Notes: generated from the letters alone by a model not told the origin. Counted from the whole stretch's first letter, positions 23,490-36,659 are shown. The stretch is 63,132 nucleotides of DNA, filler included, from Octopus bimaculoides (GCF_001194135.2; 3 parts of 3 records of this genome joined end to end with filler, not necessarily neighbours in it), one strand, 5' to 3'. Translations and numbers: made by a program.

Positions 23490-23945
23490 TTTTAAAACTT
23501 TGTTAAACCTACCGGATTCTACATTGATGGCCCTTTTTAGGTTATGCCACCATTTATTGTTGACGATTGCCCCTGTCAAAGCTTTCTGAACTAATTCTTT
23601 AATCCAGTCTCTGTAAGCTTGGCACGCCGGGAGTGACATGTTCAGCTTTCAGTAGCCGGGGCCCTGTCTACGATGCTATCTAAGTCGACCTCGCAGGTCA
23701 CAAATTTGTGATCTGTGTAGCCGACGATTTGAAATTGTGAACAACTAATACTATCTCTATATAAAGACCTGCAAAATACTCTATTTAGATACGATCTGGA
23801 TGTTCCAATGCGGTTTGCTCATGTCCACATTGGCACATTCGGGAAATCCAGTCGGTACCTGTCAGACAATTGAAAGTATCTGAGCAGGTTTGAGAGGCTT
23901 TTGAAACCCCCTTTCCTATCAGCTAGCTCCACACAATCCAATTGT
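23490..23945 (-). mobile_element. L1/Tx1-clade LINE APE-endonuclease fragment
   Basis: ...WT*ANRIGTSRSYLNRVF...YTDHKFVTCEV...GPGY*KLNMSL...KWWHNLKRAI matches the APE C-terminus (SR-D-R, SDH, GxGYWKLN). Confidence 0.75.
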
Positions 23946-24619
23946 GCAATTGTGTGTGTGTATATATATATATATATATNNNNNNNNNNNNNNNNNNNNN
24001 NNNNNNNNNNNNNNNNNNNNNNNNNNNNNNNNNNNNNNNNNNNNNNNNNNNNNNNNNNNNNNNNNNNNNNNNNNNNNNNNNNNNNNNNNNNNNNNNNNNN
24101 NNNNNNNNNNNNNNNNNNNNNNNNNNNNNNNNNNNNNNNNNNNNNNNNNNNNNNNNNNNNNNNNNNNNNNNNNNNNNNNNNNNNNNNNNNNNNNNNNNNN
24201 NNNNNNNNNNNNNNNNNNNNNNNNNNNNNNNNNNNNNNNNNNNNNNNNNNNNNNNNNNNNNNNNNNNNNNNNNNNNNNNNNNNNNNNNNNNNNNNNNNNN
24301 NNNNNNNNNNNNNNNNNNNNNNNNNNNNNNNNNNNNNNNNNNNNNNNNNNNNNNNNNNNNNNNNNNNNNNNNNNNNNNNNNNNNNNNNNNNNNNNNNNNN
24401 NNNNNNNNNNNNNNNNNNNNNNNNNNNNNNNNNNNNNNNNNNNNNNNNNNNNNNNNNNNNNNNNNNNNNNNNNNNNNNNNNNNNNNNNNNNNNNNNNNNN
24501 NNNNNNNNNNNNNNNNNNNNNNNNNNNNNNNNNNNNNNNNNNNNNNNNNNNNNNNNNNNNNNNNNNNNNNNNNNNNNNNNNNNNNNNNNNNNNNNNNNNN
24601 NNNNNNNNNNNNNNNNNNN

Positions 24620-24750
24620 ATCTGTGCGTTCGTGTGTTAAAGTCAACATCTGTGCGTTCGTGTGTTAAAGTCAACATCTGTGCGTTCGTGTGTTAAAGTC
24701 AACATCTGTGCGTTCGTGTGTTAAAGTCAACATCTGTGCGTTCGTGTGTT
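24620..24750 (+). repeat. Perfect 28-bp tandem repeat ATCTGTGCGTTCGTGTGTTAAAGTCAAC, at least 4.7 copies
   Basis: Identical units from the gap edge. Confidence 0.95.
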
Positions 24751-24859
24751 ATTTTATAGACTCGAAAACTACTGATCCTAATGACCGATCTTAATGACAT
24801 TTGGAACACAAAATCCAAGCCTAGAAGAGTAATGCCGTATGTTTCATACAATTCTGAGG

Positions 24860-25345
24860 TGGCATAAGTGGGGAGGAAGAACCCCTCGCGAAAATTCATA
24901 TGCTTCGGATTTTTGATGAAATTTGAACTATAGGTATTAGAAATAAATTTAAAATATACCGAAAATTTCCATTTCTTTGGATGATTCTAAGACCCCCGAA
25001 CGAGGGCTTAACCCCAAAATTTTAGTCATTTTTCATGGACCAAAATTACTGAATGGACCCTTAAAATATTTGCAACTTAGATCCAATGAATAAGGACAGG
25101 TATAATGCAGTATGTCTGGTTTGAATTTGAGGGGACTTAAAGGGGGCAGAACCCCCATGAAAATTCATAAATTTCCGATGATGATGAAGTTTCAGCCATA
25201 GGTAATTAACACAAATCAAGAAGTATTCCCAAAGTTTCCGCTGCTCATGAATATTCGAAGATCTCCCCTAATGGGGGCCTTAACTCCCAAATTTTTGTCA
25301 TTTTTTATGATCCTAAACAAGGTTAAAAGTACTGAATGTGCCCAG
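24860..25345 (+). repeat. Two diverged ~275-bp units (gaaaattcata...ccccaaaattttagtcattttt)
   Basis: 24866-25060 aligns loosely to 25140-25340. Confidence 0.6.
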
Positions 25346-25349
25346 GGCT

Positions 25350-27760
25350 GCAACAACGTGCCCGGCGCCGCAATAACGTACCTGGCGTCACAAGAACGTG
25401 CCCGGCGTCGCAAGAACGTGCCCGGCGCCGAAACAACGTATCCGGCGCCGCAACAACGTGACTGGGGACGCAATAACGTGCCTCGAACCACAAGAACGTG
25501 CCCAGGGCAGCAAGAACGTGCCTGTCGCCGAAAGAACAAGCCTGGGGCCGCAAGAACGTACCTCGGACCACAAGAACGTGCCTGGTGCCGCAACAACGAG
25601 AGCGGGCAGTAACTATTCGCCTTGGGCCGCAAGTACAGGCCTGCGGCCGTAAGTACGTGCTTGTGGCCACAACAACGAGACCGGGGCAATAATTGCGTGC
25701 CTGGCCCCGCAAAAACGTTCTCGTAGTTGCAAGAACGTGTCACGTTCTTACCGCGCCGGACGCGTTCTTGCGTCTTCGGCAAGGTTTCTGCGGCGTCAGA
25801 CACGTTCTTGCGACGCTATGTACCTTCTTCCGGCCCTAGGCACGTGTTTAAATTCATGGGCACGGTCTTGCTGTTGCAAGCACCTTATTGCGACCACAGT
25901 CATGTACTTGCGGCTTCGGGAACGTTTTAGCGGTGCCGGACACGTTCTTTCGGCGCCGAGCACGTGCTTGCGACCGGGGCAGTAACTACGCGCCTAGAGC
26001 CGCAAGNNNNNNNNNNNNNNNNNNNNNNNNNNNNNNNNNNNNNNNNNNNNNNNNNNNNNNNNNNNNNNNNNNNNNNNNNNNNNNNNNNNNNNNNNNNNNN
26101 NNNNNNNNNNNNNNNNNNNNNNNNNNNNNNNNNNNNNNNNNNNNNNNNNNNNNNNNNNNNNNNNNNNNNNNNNNNNNNNNNNNNNNNNNNNNNNNNNNNN
26201 NNNNNNNNNNNNNNNNNNNNNNNNNNNNNNNNNNNNNNNNNNNNNNNNNNNNNNNNNNNNNNNNNNNNNNNNNNNNNNNNNNNNNNNNNNNNNNNNNNNN
26301 NNNNNNNNNNNNNNNNNNNNNNNNNNNNNNNNNNNNNNNNNNNNNNNNNNNNNNNNNNNNNNNNNNNNNNNNNNNNNNNNNNNNNNNNNNNNNNNNNNNN
26401 NNNNNNNNNNNNNNNNNNNNNNNNNNNNNNNNNNNNNNNNNNNNNNNNNNNNNNNNNNNNNNNNNNNNNNNNNNNNNNNNNNNNNNNNNNNNNNNNNNNN
26501 NNNNNNNNNNNNNNNNNNNNNNNNNNNNNNNNNNNNNNNNNNNNNNNNNNNNNNNNNNNNNNNNNNNNNNNNNNNNNNNNNNNNNNNNNNNNNNNNNNNN
26601 NNNNNNNNNNNNNNNNNNNNNNNNNNNNNNNNNNNNNNNNNNNNNNNNNNNNNNNNNNNNNNNNNNNNNNNNNNNNNNNNNNNNNNNNNNNNNNNNNNNN
26701 NNNNNNNNNNNNNNNNNNNNNNNNNNNNNNNNNNNNNNNNNNNNNNNNNNNNNNNNNNNNNNNNNNNNNNNNNNNNNNNNNNNNNNNNNNNNNNNNNNNN
26801 NNNNNNNNNNNNNNNNNNNNNNNNNNNNNNNNNNNNNNNNNNNNNNNNNNNNNNNNNNNNNNNNNNNNNNNNNNNNNNNNNNNNNNNNNNNNNNNNNNNN
26901 NNNNNNNNNNNNNNNNNNNNNNNNNNNGCCATGTACTTTGCTGCTGGACCAGACACGATTTTTGGGGCGTCACTTACGTTCTTGCGGCGCCGGGAACATT
27001 CATGCGGCACCGGTCACGTTCTTGCGGCACTAGGTACGTTCTTACGGCTCCAGGCACGTTCTTGCGGCGCCGGGCACGTTCCTGAGGCGACAGGCACGTT
27101 CGTGTGACACCAGGAACGTTCTTGTGGCGCCAAGCACGTTCTTGAGGCGCCTGGCGCTTTCCACCGGCGCCAGGCACCTTCTTGCGGAGCCGGGCATGTT
27201 CTTACGGCTCCTCGTGCGTTCTTACGGCCCCAGGCGCGGTCTTACGGCCACAGGCGCCCTCATAGGGCCTTAGGCTCCTTTTGGAATGCCCGAGGCGTCC
27301 CTAGCGCGTTATTATAGCCCCAGTCACGTTCTTGCGTAAGCGCACCAATCCCTACACTATACACTTTTCTACTCACTTTTATTCCTTCTCCTTACTTACT
27401 GGTCTATAGCTCTTTTGTCTTAATAACGGTCAACCAAACAGTGATTTCACTTTGCTTAACACGTTCTTCCGGTTTCGGGAACGATTTTGCGGCGCCGGGC
27501 ACGTGCTTCCGGTTCCAGGCACGTTATTACGTCCGCATTCACATTCTTGCGCCGCCGGACACGTTTTTCGGGTGCCGGGCACGTTCTTGCAGCGCCAGAC
27601 ATGTATTTGCAAATGCGGGCACGTGTTTGCGGCGCAGAGCACGTTCTTACGGTCCCGGGCACGTTCTTGCGTAAGCGCACCAACCCGTACACTATACACT
27701 TTTATACTCACCATTATTCCCTCTCCTTACTTACCGGTCTATAGGTCGATAGGTCTTAAC
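25350..27760. repeat. GC-rich 20-bp satellite (consensus CAAGAACGTGCCCGGCGCCG), switching orientation at ~25740
   Basis: 20-nt period in forward orientation 25350-25739 and reverse orientation from 25741, across a gap. A ~135-bp spacer unit is duplicated at 27325 and 27660. Confidence 0.9.
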
Positions 27761-28974
27761 AACGGTCAACCAAGCAGTAATTTCACTTTGTTTATCGGTC
27801 ACTCTTCACAGGAATTTTCAATGGCCGGATAACTGAATAGATGGCGGCGTGGGTTCCCAACCCGGCATCCGAAACTCGGAGTTAGATCATGACTACCGAA
27901 TAAGTGTCATATTTCAACAGATAAATTCCTTTATTTACATAATATCGAGGTCTCTTTCCTTCTATCCATATCGAGACGAAACATATAGAGACAAACGAAT
28001 TTTTTTTTTTTAAACCACCTTTTCAAAATTTAAAATGCTCACATCAACCTCCCCTTCTCCCACATTTTGAATTTTTCAAATTTCAACAGCCTCTCCGGCG
28101 GACCTCACGCATACAAAAAACAGACATATCGGTTTTTTTTTTTTTTTTTTTTTTTTTTCAATGGGTTCCTATGTTTTTGATGACAGAGATTCCGAAAAGG
28201 CAAGAAACCAAGTTTTCAAAATTTTGAATTCAATAAGCATATAGTTATGTGATAGATATGAATAAACAGATGGGGATAAATAGATAGACTGACAAATAAA
28301 TACATGGCTGGAAAAGTTTTACAAAATTAAAAAAATGTACTGAAGCCCGTTTGTTTGATAAATGTTTTAGTATCTGGGACCGCATTTACTAGGCGTAATA
28401 TGCTTATGACACCAAATATAGATTATTAATGGTAGTTACTAGACGGTCATGTACGCTTTAAAAAAAAGCATCGCAGTAACCGAAGACGATCTGAAATGAT
28501 AATCTGTATTGATAAAAAAAGTGGATACGAAAACAAGCGACTGGATTTAATATACGTCAAGACACACACACACACACACACACACATGCATACATATATA
28601 TACACATACGTTTAAAGATATTAATACTTTGCATGCACCACGTCCTCGCGTTGTTTCTTCTTGTCTTGTTTTAACCTTTCTTTGATTAATTATATATATA
28701 TGTTGTGTTTCGGGAAGGTCATTTTTAAAATTTACTGCCAAATAAACAGATGCACTAGGCGCAGGCGTGGGGTCGATTTGATCGACTAAAGGTGGTGCTT
28801 CAGCATGGCCACAGTCAAATGACTGAAACAAGTAAAAGCGTTAAAAGAGTTAAAGAATTTAGTGCAAGTCTTTATTTGGCAAAAAAGTAAAGAAAAAATG
28901 AGCATCTCGAAATACATTATCTGTTTCGATGACCGGTTTTTACATCGGGAATTTTGCAACAGAAATTCATAAAC

Positions 28975-29023
<49 letters not shown>

Positions 29024-29884
29024 CATACATACATGCATACATATTCTTTTATTGTTTTTTTATTTGTCTTAGTCATTGAGAGGATTTTAGTCGAGCAAAT
29101 CGACCCAGAACTTACGTTTTAAAGCATACTACTTATTCTACCAATTTCTTTTGCCGAACTCCTAAGGTTGCGGGGACGTAAACTCATCAAAACTTGCTGT
29201 TAAGTGGAGGTGGGGGACAAAGACACATACAAACAAACTTACATACACACACACATACATACATACATACATACATACATACATGCATGCGCGCGCGCGT
29301 GTATGTGTGTGTATGTGTGTGAAGGCGCGTGGCTTAGTGTTTAGGTTGTTGCACTTACGATTGCTAGATCATGGGTTCGACTCTCAGATTGGACGACGCA
29401 TTGTATTCTTGAGTAAAACACTACGTTACGCGTTGCTCTAGTCCCCCTTCCGATCAGGTGGGGGGGATGCTGGCCTGCTCACCTTGCCAGTGAGCAGGCC
29501 ATCATTCGAAAGCTAAAACGATGTAAAGCGCATTGTGACTAGCGATATGTAACAACATCTCATAGTTTGGTTGGTCATGTGGTCTCGTGATATATATATA
29601 TATATATCGAGAGAGTAAAGCTTGAAAAACAATTAAATTATGGAAAAATTAAATGCAATGTGTTTTTAAAATATTTTCATAATTTTCAAATGCAAGGAAC
29701 ATTTTTCTTTTTTCTGTCTGTCTCTGTCTCTCTTTTTTACTCTTGTCAGGGCTTGGTAGCAGGTCGCAGGTCGCAGCAGTCCTGTATATATAGATATATA
29801 TATATATACAAATAAAGCACCTGTCAAATACTGAGGACCAGTCTGATATTCCTATAAAGCATCATATGTGGAAAATAAAATAGA

Positions 29885-30030
29885 CGTGGGGGAAGCCGGG
29901 AAGAAAGAGAAAAAGAGAAAAGAGAAGAATAGGAAGAGGAGGATGAAGAGGAAGAGGAGGAAGGCGGAGGAGGAGGAAGGAGGAGGTGGAGGCGGAGAGG
30001 AGGTGGCGGCGGCGGCAGTGGTGGTGGTGT
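29885..30030. repeat. Purine-rich low-complexity tract (GAA/GGA/GGC/GGT runs)
   Basis: Directly visible. Confidence 0.85.
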
Positions 30031-30739
30031 TGATCTCGAATTCGATCATGGATCAATCAAGGGCCAAGCTCATTAACAATAGCAGCGGAAATTAGACTCC
30101 ATGAAAGTTTCGCATATTTTTATTGCTCTGTATATAGACTGAATGTAAATGAGGCACAGTAACTACCTTTCTGTTTCAGTATCCGAATTGTCCAAGTTTC
30201 TGGTTAAAACATTTGCTAATTTAATCAGTAACACAGAGTAATTAATCCTGGTAATTATAAGATGTAAGTTAAGGTACCAAGGTAATTATAGAGCGTAAAT
30301 TGTTGTAATTAAACGAGGAAAAACGTGGCGATAATATAATTAGTAAAACAGTATTTAAACGTTGAACAGTAATTTCGGTGGATAATATTTGAAATTTTGA
30401 ATTAGATATCAAAGTGTATACTATATTAAAGATATTTCCTGCAACATAATTATGTTTAATCCGACATTTCAAGATTGGTGTTGAATCAATTAGTTACAGC
30501 CAGTGCGAAGTGACCCAAATGTCGCAGTTCCAACGAGAAACTTTGGTTTTTCGTGAGACATTTCTGGGTTCTGCAGAATAAAATTTCATTTTATGAAAGA
30601 AAGAAAGAAAGAAATAGTATTTACTGTTTCAAAATAAAGTATGTCCTTTTCTTGTCAAGCAAGGAAAAATATGTGAAAGCAACACATATCTCTAGGGAAA
30701 CATTTTGATAAATCAATCAATCAATCAATTAATAATCCT

Positions 30740-31180
30740 TTCTATTAGAGGCACAAAGCCTGAAATTTGTGGGGAGGGGACTAGTCAATTACATCGATCC
30801 CCAGTGTTTCACTGGTACTTAATTATCGATCCTGAAAGGATGAAAGGCAAAGTCAACCTCAGCGGAGTTTGAACTCAGAACATAGCGGGACACGAAATAT
30901 CGCTAAGCTTTTCACCCGGCGTTCTAACGATTCTGCCCGCTCGCTGCCTTAATTAATTGATTAATAATGTTTTCAAATTTTGGCACAAGGCTGGCAAATT
31001 CGGGGAGCGGATAAGTCGATTACCTCGACCTCTACCTCCCAGTACTCAACTGGTACGTATTTTATCGGCTCCAATAGGCAAGGTCGACCTGGGCAGAATT
31101 TGAACTCAGAAAGTAAAGATGGACGAAAGGCCGCTAAGTGTTTTCTCCGGATTGCTAACGATACGGCAAGCTCACTGCCA
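30740..31180 (-). mobile_element. Two adjacent copies of a short SINE (family C)
   Basis: Reverse complement GGCAGCGAGCGGGCAGAATCGTTAG...CTGAGTTCAAACTCCGCTGAGGTTGACTTTGCCTTTCATCC...AAATTTCAGGC. Confidence 0.7.
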
Positions 31181-32199
31181 TAATTAGTTGATTAATAATA
31201 AAAGTAAACTGCAGGTAGTTAGTGCTTAGAGTATTTGGCTGACTATCGTAAAGTCGTGTTTGATTCCCGGCGGCGCGGTATGTCTTTGAACAAGACGCTT
31301 TATTTCATGCTGCTCCAGTCCACTCATTTGCTAAAAATGTGCTGAACATGTTTTTCAAAGGGCCAGCCTATTCATAGCCTGTGTCACACTGAATCTCCTG
31401 GAGAACTACGTTAAAGACGTTCGTGTCTGTGGAGTGCTCAGCCACTTTCGCGTAAACTTCACGAGCAGTCTGCTCTATCGATCGGATTAAGTGGAACTCT
31501 CGTCGTGGTTACCAACGAACTGCCAGCTATACATATGTTTATATGTCTACACAGGTGTATATACATTTGTTGGTGGCTAAACTTCCGGAATACTTTACCT
31601 ATTTTCCACTGTTCCATTAATGACTTATAACTGTTATTTTTTAATTAACTGCGTTCTTTTTAGCGTTCTGAAGCCTTGCTTCTCAAGACTGTCGATTAGA
31701 AAGTTTGTTACTTAAACAAGTTACCCAAATCTAAACTTATAGCCTGAGTTGTTATGCTTGCATATATGTGGTAGTAACTCGTCGGTAGTCGGGTTAATAG
31801 TATAGCCAAGCACCGTTATAAAGAGTAAACCTTTTATGTTCCGTTTAACGTGTAACGGTAATTCAACACTGAATTCCTGAATACACGGTCAGACATCGCG
31901 AGCAAGCGACCATAGTTCATGTGATCGGTCTATTAACCATCAATCAGCATGAAGCGATAGCGTGGACATGTTTTTTTCCGAACATTCTAGAATTTGACTT
32001 CTGGTCCTGTATAAAAACCGTTCGGCGAGCATTTTTACCAGCCAGACGAAACAGGAAGCCAGCTAAGATAGATGACGTAAATAGATGACAGGAACCTCCG
32101 TCGCCACAAATATAGCACAATTGTTTCCAGTTTATGTTGGGCAAGCTGCATGTTGCCGTATCAGTAGCTTGTCATAGTCTAGTTGTATCCCTTTCCTAG

Positions 32200-33200
32200 T
32201 ATGTAATTATTGCTGTTGTTATCTGTAAGATCAACACAGTTTTCCACTTATGTGCGATAATAAAATTTTCTGTTAAGTGTTTGCGGGTATTGCTCAGTTA
32301 CTTCTACACGCAGCCCAAGAAACATATTTCCGTTCATCATAACAGACCAGACCAATAACCTGCAGGTCGCGACATTGGCGACCCTCGACACGAGCGACTA
32401 CCACGACAACAAGAAGAAAAATCAAAGGAGACAAAAGCCATCACACATGCAATTCTTACCACAGCATCCTCTACCTCTGCAAGCTATGACGTTGAGAACA
32501 CTGTTAACTTAGGCGCATCTTTCGACTTGATCGAAATAGGAGTCAAATCCTCCCTTCGACACTGAAGAAACTTTCTTCCCTCGAATGTGATTCCAGAGTG
32601 AAGTTGATCTTGAATTTCTCCAAGTTCGATATAACGGCCAGTATTTAACATTTCCATATCCTTTCATTTGCGTAGTTCGAACTAATTTCTGTCCAAAAAG
32701 AATAGCGACTTCACCTGCCACGTCCGTTTCTTCCGAAAATGGTGATTTCTTAGCTACCCAAGCTACCTTCTCCTTCGCTACACCTTTATATACCGGAGAT
32801 CCTTCTGTTTGGTCTTCTCAGCTCGAAGCCAATTTCGCAGCGAATAAAAATTCTTCAGATACACGCCAATGTCAGTGTTTTTGTGTGTTACCTCCTGCTT
32901 TAAGCATTGAAGTCAAAGATTTGATTACCAACCATTTCGAAGTATGAATGTAATAATTTTGCGACGTACTTCTTTGTCCAAACGGAAGCGTTTTCACCAA
33001 GTCTTTCACGAAGAAGTATTAGGAGATAAGATGCCTTCTCAACTGTTGAGACGAATGAGAGAATTAGTGGAGAATAACCCACTCGAAGAGTCAAGGTTGC
33101 AATAACTTTTTTTCTCGCACCTATTTTTCAAATGGCATTTTTTAAGGAAGGAACCGTCAGAAACTGTAGCACGTGAGACAAAATACTTAACGACATTTCT
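32200..33200 (+). mobile_element. Ty3/Gypsy relic: LTR 3' end (...GCGACA 32374), PBS TTGGCGACCC and gag
   Basis: Gag-like FATPLYTGDPSVWSSQLEANFAAN...LPPALSIEVKDLI...EEVLGDKMPSQLLRRM from ~32775. AATAAA lies in the putative LTR. Confidence 0.75.
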
Positions 33201-33531
33201 TGTCCTTACGTTCTGAGTTGAAGTTCCACCGAGGATGATTTTGCCTTTCGTCCTTTCAAGAACACTGGGGTCGATGTAATCAACGAGGCCCTCCTTCATC
33301 TCCGCAAAAACTTCAGGCCTTGTGTTTATAGGAGAAAGGATTAATTTTAAAGGGTATATTATAAGTGTGAAAGTGATCGGTCTAGTTATTAGAGTCTTGA
33401 GTTCATGATCATAAGGAAGTGACTTCGATTCTTAACTCGAGGGGCACGTTGTGCCTTTGAGCAAGGCTCTTCATTTCACATTACTGCTATCTTTTCAATT
33501 GAAAATGAGTACCAGCCCAGTCATGTGTCTA

Positions 33532-33576
<45 letters not shown>

Positions 33577-33724
33577 TCCTCGGGGTCCCGGTGACCCACT
33601 GGGAGAAATGCCGAGACGGTGTCTATATCAGCTCATGATTACACAGGCACCTAAAACAATTGGCGAATGCACGGTACATGTAACCAAGTTACATACTCTT
33701 GGGGTTTTAACTTACATGTATGAA

Positions 33725-33777
33725 AAAGTATGTGTGGCCGATGTGTATGCGTGCGGGTATGTGAGTGTGTATGTGTT

Positions 33778-33808
<31 letters not shown>

Positions 33809-34000
33809 ATGTGTTTCTGGGTGTGGTTGAGTGTAAGCGTGTGTGTATGTGTATTTGTGTGTATATGTGTGTAAGTGTGTTTGTGGATGTGCGTATGTGT
33901 GTGTATGTGTTTGTGTGTGTGTGTGTTTGTAAGTGTGTGTTTATGTATGTTTGTGTGTGCTTCTGTGTTTGTGTGTAAGTGTGTGTGTGGATATGCTTGC
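33725..34000. repeat. Degenerate (TG)n microsatellite
   Basis: Directly visible. Confidence 0.9.
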
Positions 34001-34406
34001 TATGTGATCTGAGGCATATATGCATATGAATGTATGCGTATATGTTTGTGAGTGTGAGAAAATCTGAAACTATAGGACAAGTTCAGCGGATACAAACGAT
34101 AGCCTGTCCAGAACATTCTCCTCCATGAACAGTCCATCCCCACCTCCACCTGCACACTTTTATTTTCTCTTCAGTTTACTAGAAGAGATTTCAGGAATCC
34201 TAAGAATTTTTTTTTGTTTCCGAGTGGCAATTTCACAACCTCACCACCACCACCACCACCACCACTTCACCGTCGCAGCCGAAGGCAGCCGTTGCTACCC
34301 CCACCCATCATACAATAGCATCCGCTACCATCACAATCATCAGCTACCACTACCAGTACCAGCACCATAGAATTGTTTCGACTTAAAACAATAACACCTA
34401 CACCCC

Positions 34407-34441
<35 letters not shown>

Positions 34442-34769
34442 NNNNNNNNNNNNNNNNNNNNNNNNNNNNNNNNNNNNNNNNNNNNNNNNNNNNNNNNNNN
34501 NNNNNNNNNNNNNNNNNNNNNNNNNNNNNNNNNNNNNNNNNNNNNNNNNNNNNNNNNNNNNNNNNNNNNNNNNNNNNNNNNNNNNNNNNNNNNNNNNNNN
34601 NNNNNNNNNNNNNNNNNNNNNNNNNNNNNNNNNNNNNNNNNNNNNNNNNNNNNNNNNNNNNNNNNNNNNNNNNNNNNNNNNNNNNNNNNNNNNNNNNNNN
34701 NNNNNNNNNNNNNNNNNNNNNNNNNNNNNNNNNNNNNNNNNNNNNNNAATATTATTTTATTCCCTTAGT

Positions 34770-35560
34770 TTTATACACTTACACTTTTATCGCCTTCAAA
34801 TTATTTTCCATTAGAAGCAATGCATAGGTTCAGACGCGTTTTTCACTGTTCGAAGCAGCCCTGGAACTCTTGTGAGGTGCTGCCTATTAACAACTCCATC
34901 GTTTTTTTTCTTCAACTCTTCCACATCTGCAAAATGTTTTCCTTTAAAGACTTTTTATATTCGGGGGAACAGAAAAAAATGTCAAGGGACCGAGATCAGG
35001 TGAATAGGGAGGGTGGGTAAGCGGGGCCACGCATTCAATCGTGACTGCTTTTGATCTTCCGTGAGAAAGCGAGGCACACGTTTTGCTGCAACTCTTTTCA
35101 TTCGCAATTCTTCGCTCAAAATTCGTAGGCAAGGAGCTACAGGACGCCACCAGTCATATCAACAAGTTCGTCAATTGTTCGACAATGGTCCTCCGAAATT
35201 AGTTCATGAATTTTCATGATGTTTTCGTTTCGTTCAGGAGGTCGACGCTCGCTATGCACGAAGTTTGTCTTCAAGTGACAAGTGACCATTCCTGAAGCGT
35301 GAAAACCACTCGTAAACTTGTGCTTTGCTCGTGACAGCTGTTTGAAGCATGGCAGCTGTGTCGGCCGCCGTTTCCCTCAGCAGAAAACATAATTTCACGG
35401 ATGCATGCTGTTCCTTAGTTTCATCCATCGCAAAAATCGACGAACAAAGGAAAAGCACTGCAAAACAAAGATACACTACGTGGCAGTACAACTTCGCTCG
35501 CAGAGGCCGGTTGGCAGACTGATGCCTGAGGGTCACATCAAGTGGCTTCTAACGGCGTAA
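34770..35560 (-). mobile_element. mariner transposase relic
   Basis: N-terminal EQHASVKLCFLL...SKAQVYEWFSRFRNGHLSLEDK (HTH) and LTHPPYSPDLG motif. Confidence 0.85.
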
Positions 35561-35777
35561 GCCTGAACTACAACGGGCTTGTCCCACAGAGAACGTTCAC
35601 ATAATATATTACAAATATAGTTCCATTCCAACAATAGATATCCATGTATATCTACTGTTGGAATGGAACTATACTCCAAGTACTTTTTTTTCTTTGTTTT
35701 TTCTTCTCCGCATCGCTCTCATTTCTTACTGAAAATCTCCTCAGATAGATGTAATAATCCATTCTTCTACTATTACC

Positions 35778-35826
35778 GTCTCTGATGAAGGGATACATTG
35801 AATTTTCCCTGAAACAGCTGTAAGAC
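35778..35826 (+). ncRNA. Minimal type-I hammerhead ribozyme (Penelope pLTR type)
   Basis: GTCT-CTGATGA-AGGG(14 nt)CCCT-GAAA-C-AGCT-G-TA/AGAC: stems I and II pair, stem III is capped by palindromic AGCT, cleavage triplet GUA ends at 35822. Confidence 0.8.
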
Positions 35827-36246
35827 ATTCTACATAAAATATAAATTTACCTATGCCATTGGTCTCTTTATCTCATTCTTTTANNNNNNNNNNNNNNNNN
35901 NNNNNNNNNNNNNNNNNNNNNNNNNNNNNNNNNNNNNNNNNNNNNNNNNNNNNNNNNNNNNNNNNNNNNNNNNNNNNNNNNNNNNNNNNNNNNNNNNNNN
36001 NNNNNNNNNNNNNNNNNNNNNNNNNNNNNNNNNNNNNNNNNNNNNNNNNNNNNNNNNNNNNNNNNNNNNNNNNNNNNNNNNNNNNNNNNNNNNNNNNNNN
36101 NNNNNNNNNNNNNNNNNNNNNNNNNNNNNNNNNNNNNNNNNNNNNNNNNNNNNNNNNNNNNNNNNNNNNNNNNNNNNNNNNNNNNNNNNNNNNNNNNNNN
36201 NNNNNNNNNNNNNNNNNNNNNNNNNNNNNNNNNNNNNNNNNNNNNC

Positions 36247-36400
36247 ATACAACGGGCCTCTTTAAGTTTCCGTCTACCAAATCCACTCACGAGGCTTTGG
36301 TCGGCCCGAGGCTATAGTAGAAGACACTTGCCCAAGGTGCCATGCAGTGGGACTGAACCCGGAACCATGTTGTTGGGAAGCAAGCTTCTTACCACACGGC
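36247..36400 (-). mobile_element. tRNA-headed SINE (family A) 5' part
   Basis: Close match to 4830-4985. Confidence 0.75.
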
Positions 36401-36659
36401 CACGCCTTTAAGAAAATGAATAGAAATAGCGCTTCTGATAATTTTTTCCATATAGTTTTATGCATATAGTTTCATGTCTAGAGATGTGTATATGTACTTA
36501 AATGATGAACTTCTGGAAAGTTTGACAGATTTATACAGTTCCAGTGATGGATTGGATCTGTGGTCTTCGAATCAGCTTTTTCCTTCCTGGTTTTAGAGAA
36601 GCTTAATTTCGCAAGATTGGTACAAGATTGGCAGTGTGTTACATATTCCAGTGCCTCAA

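Noticed and set aside
29868-30095. Lys/Arg/Glu/Gly-rich ORF
   Set aside because: Low-complexity purine tract with no splice or homology support.
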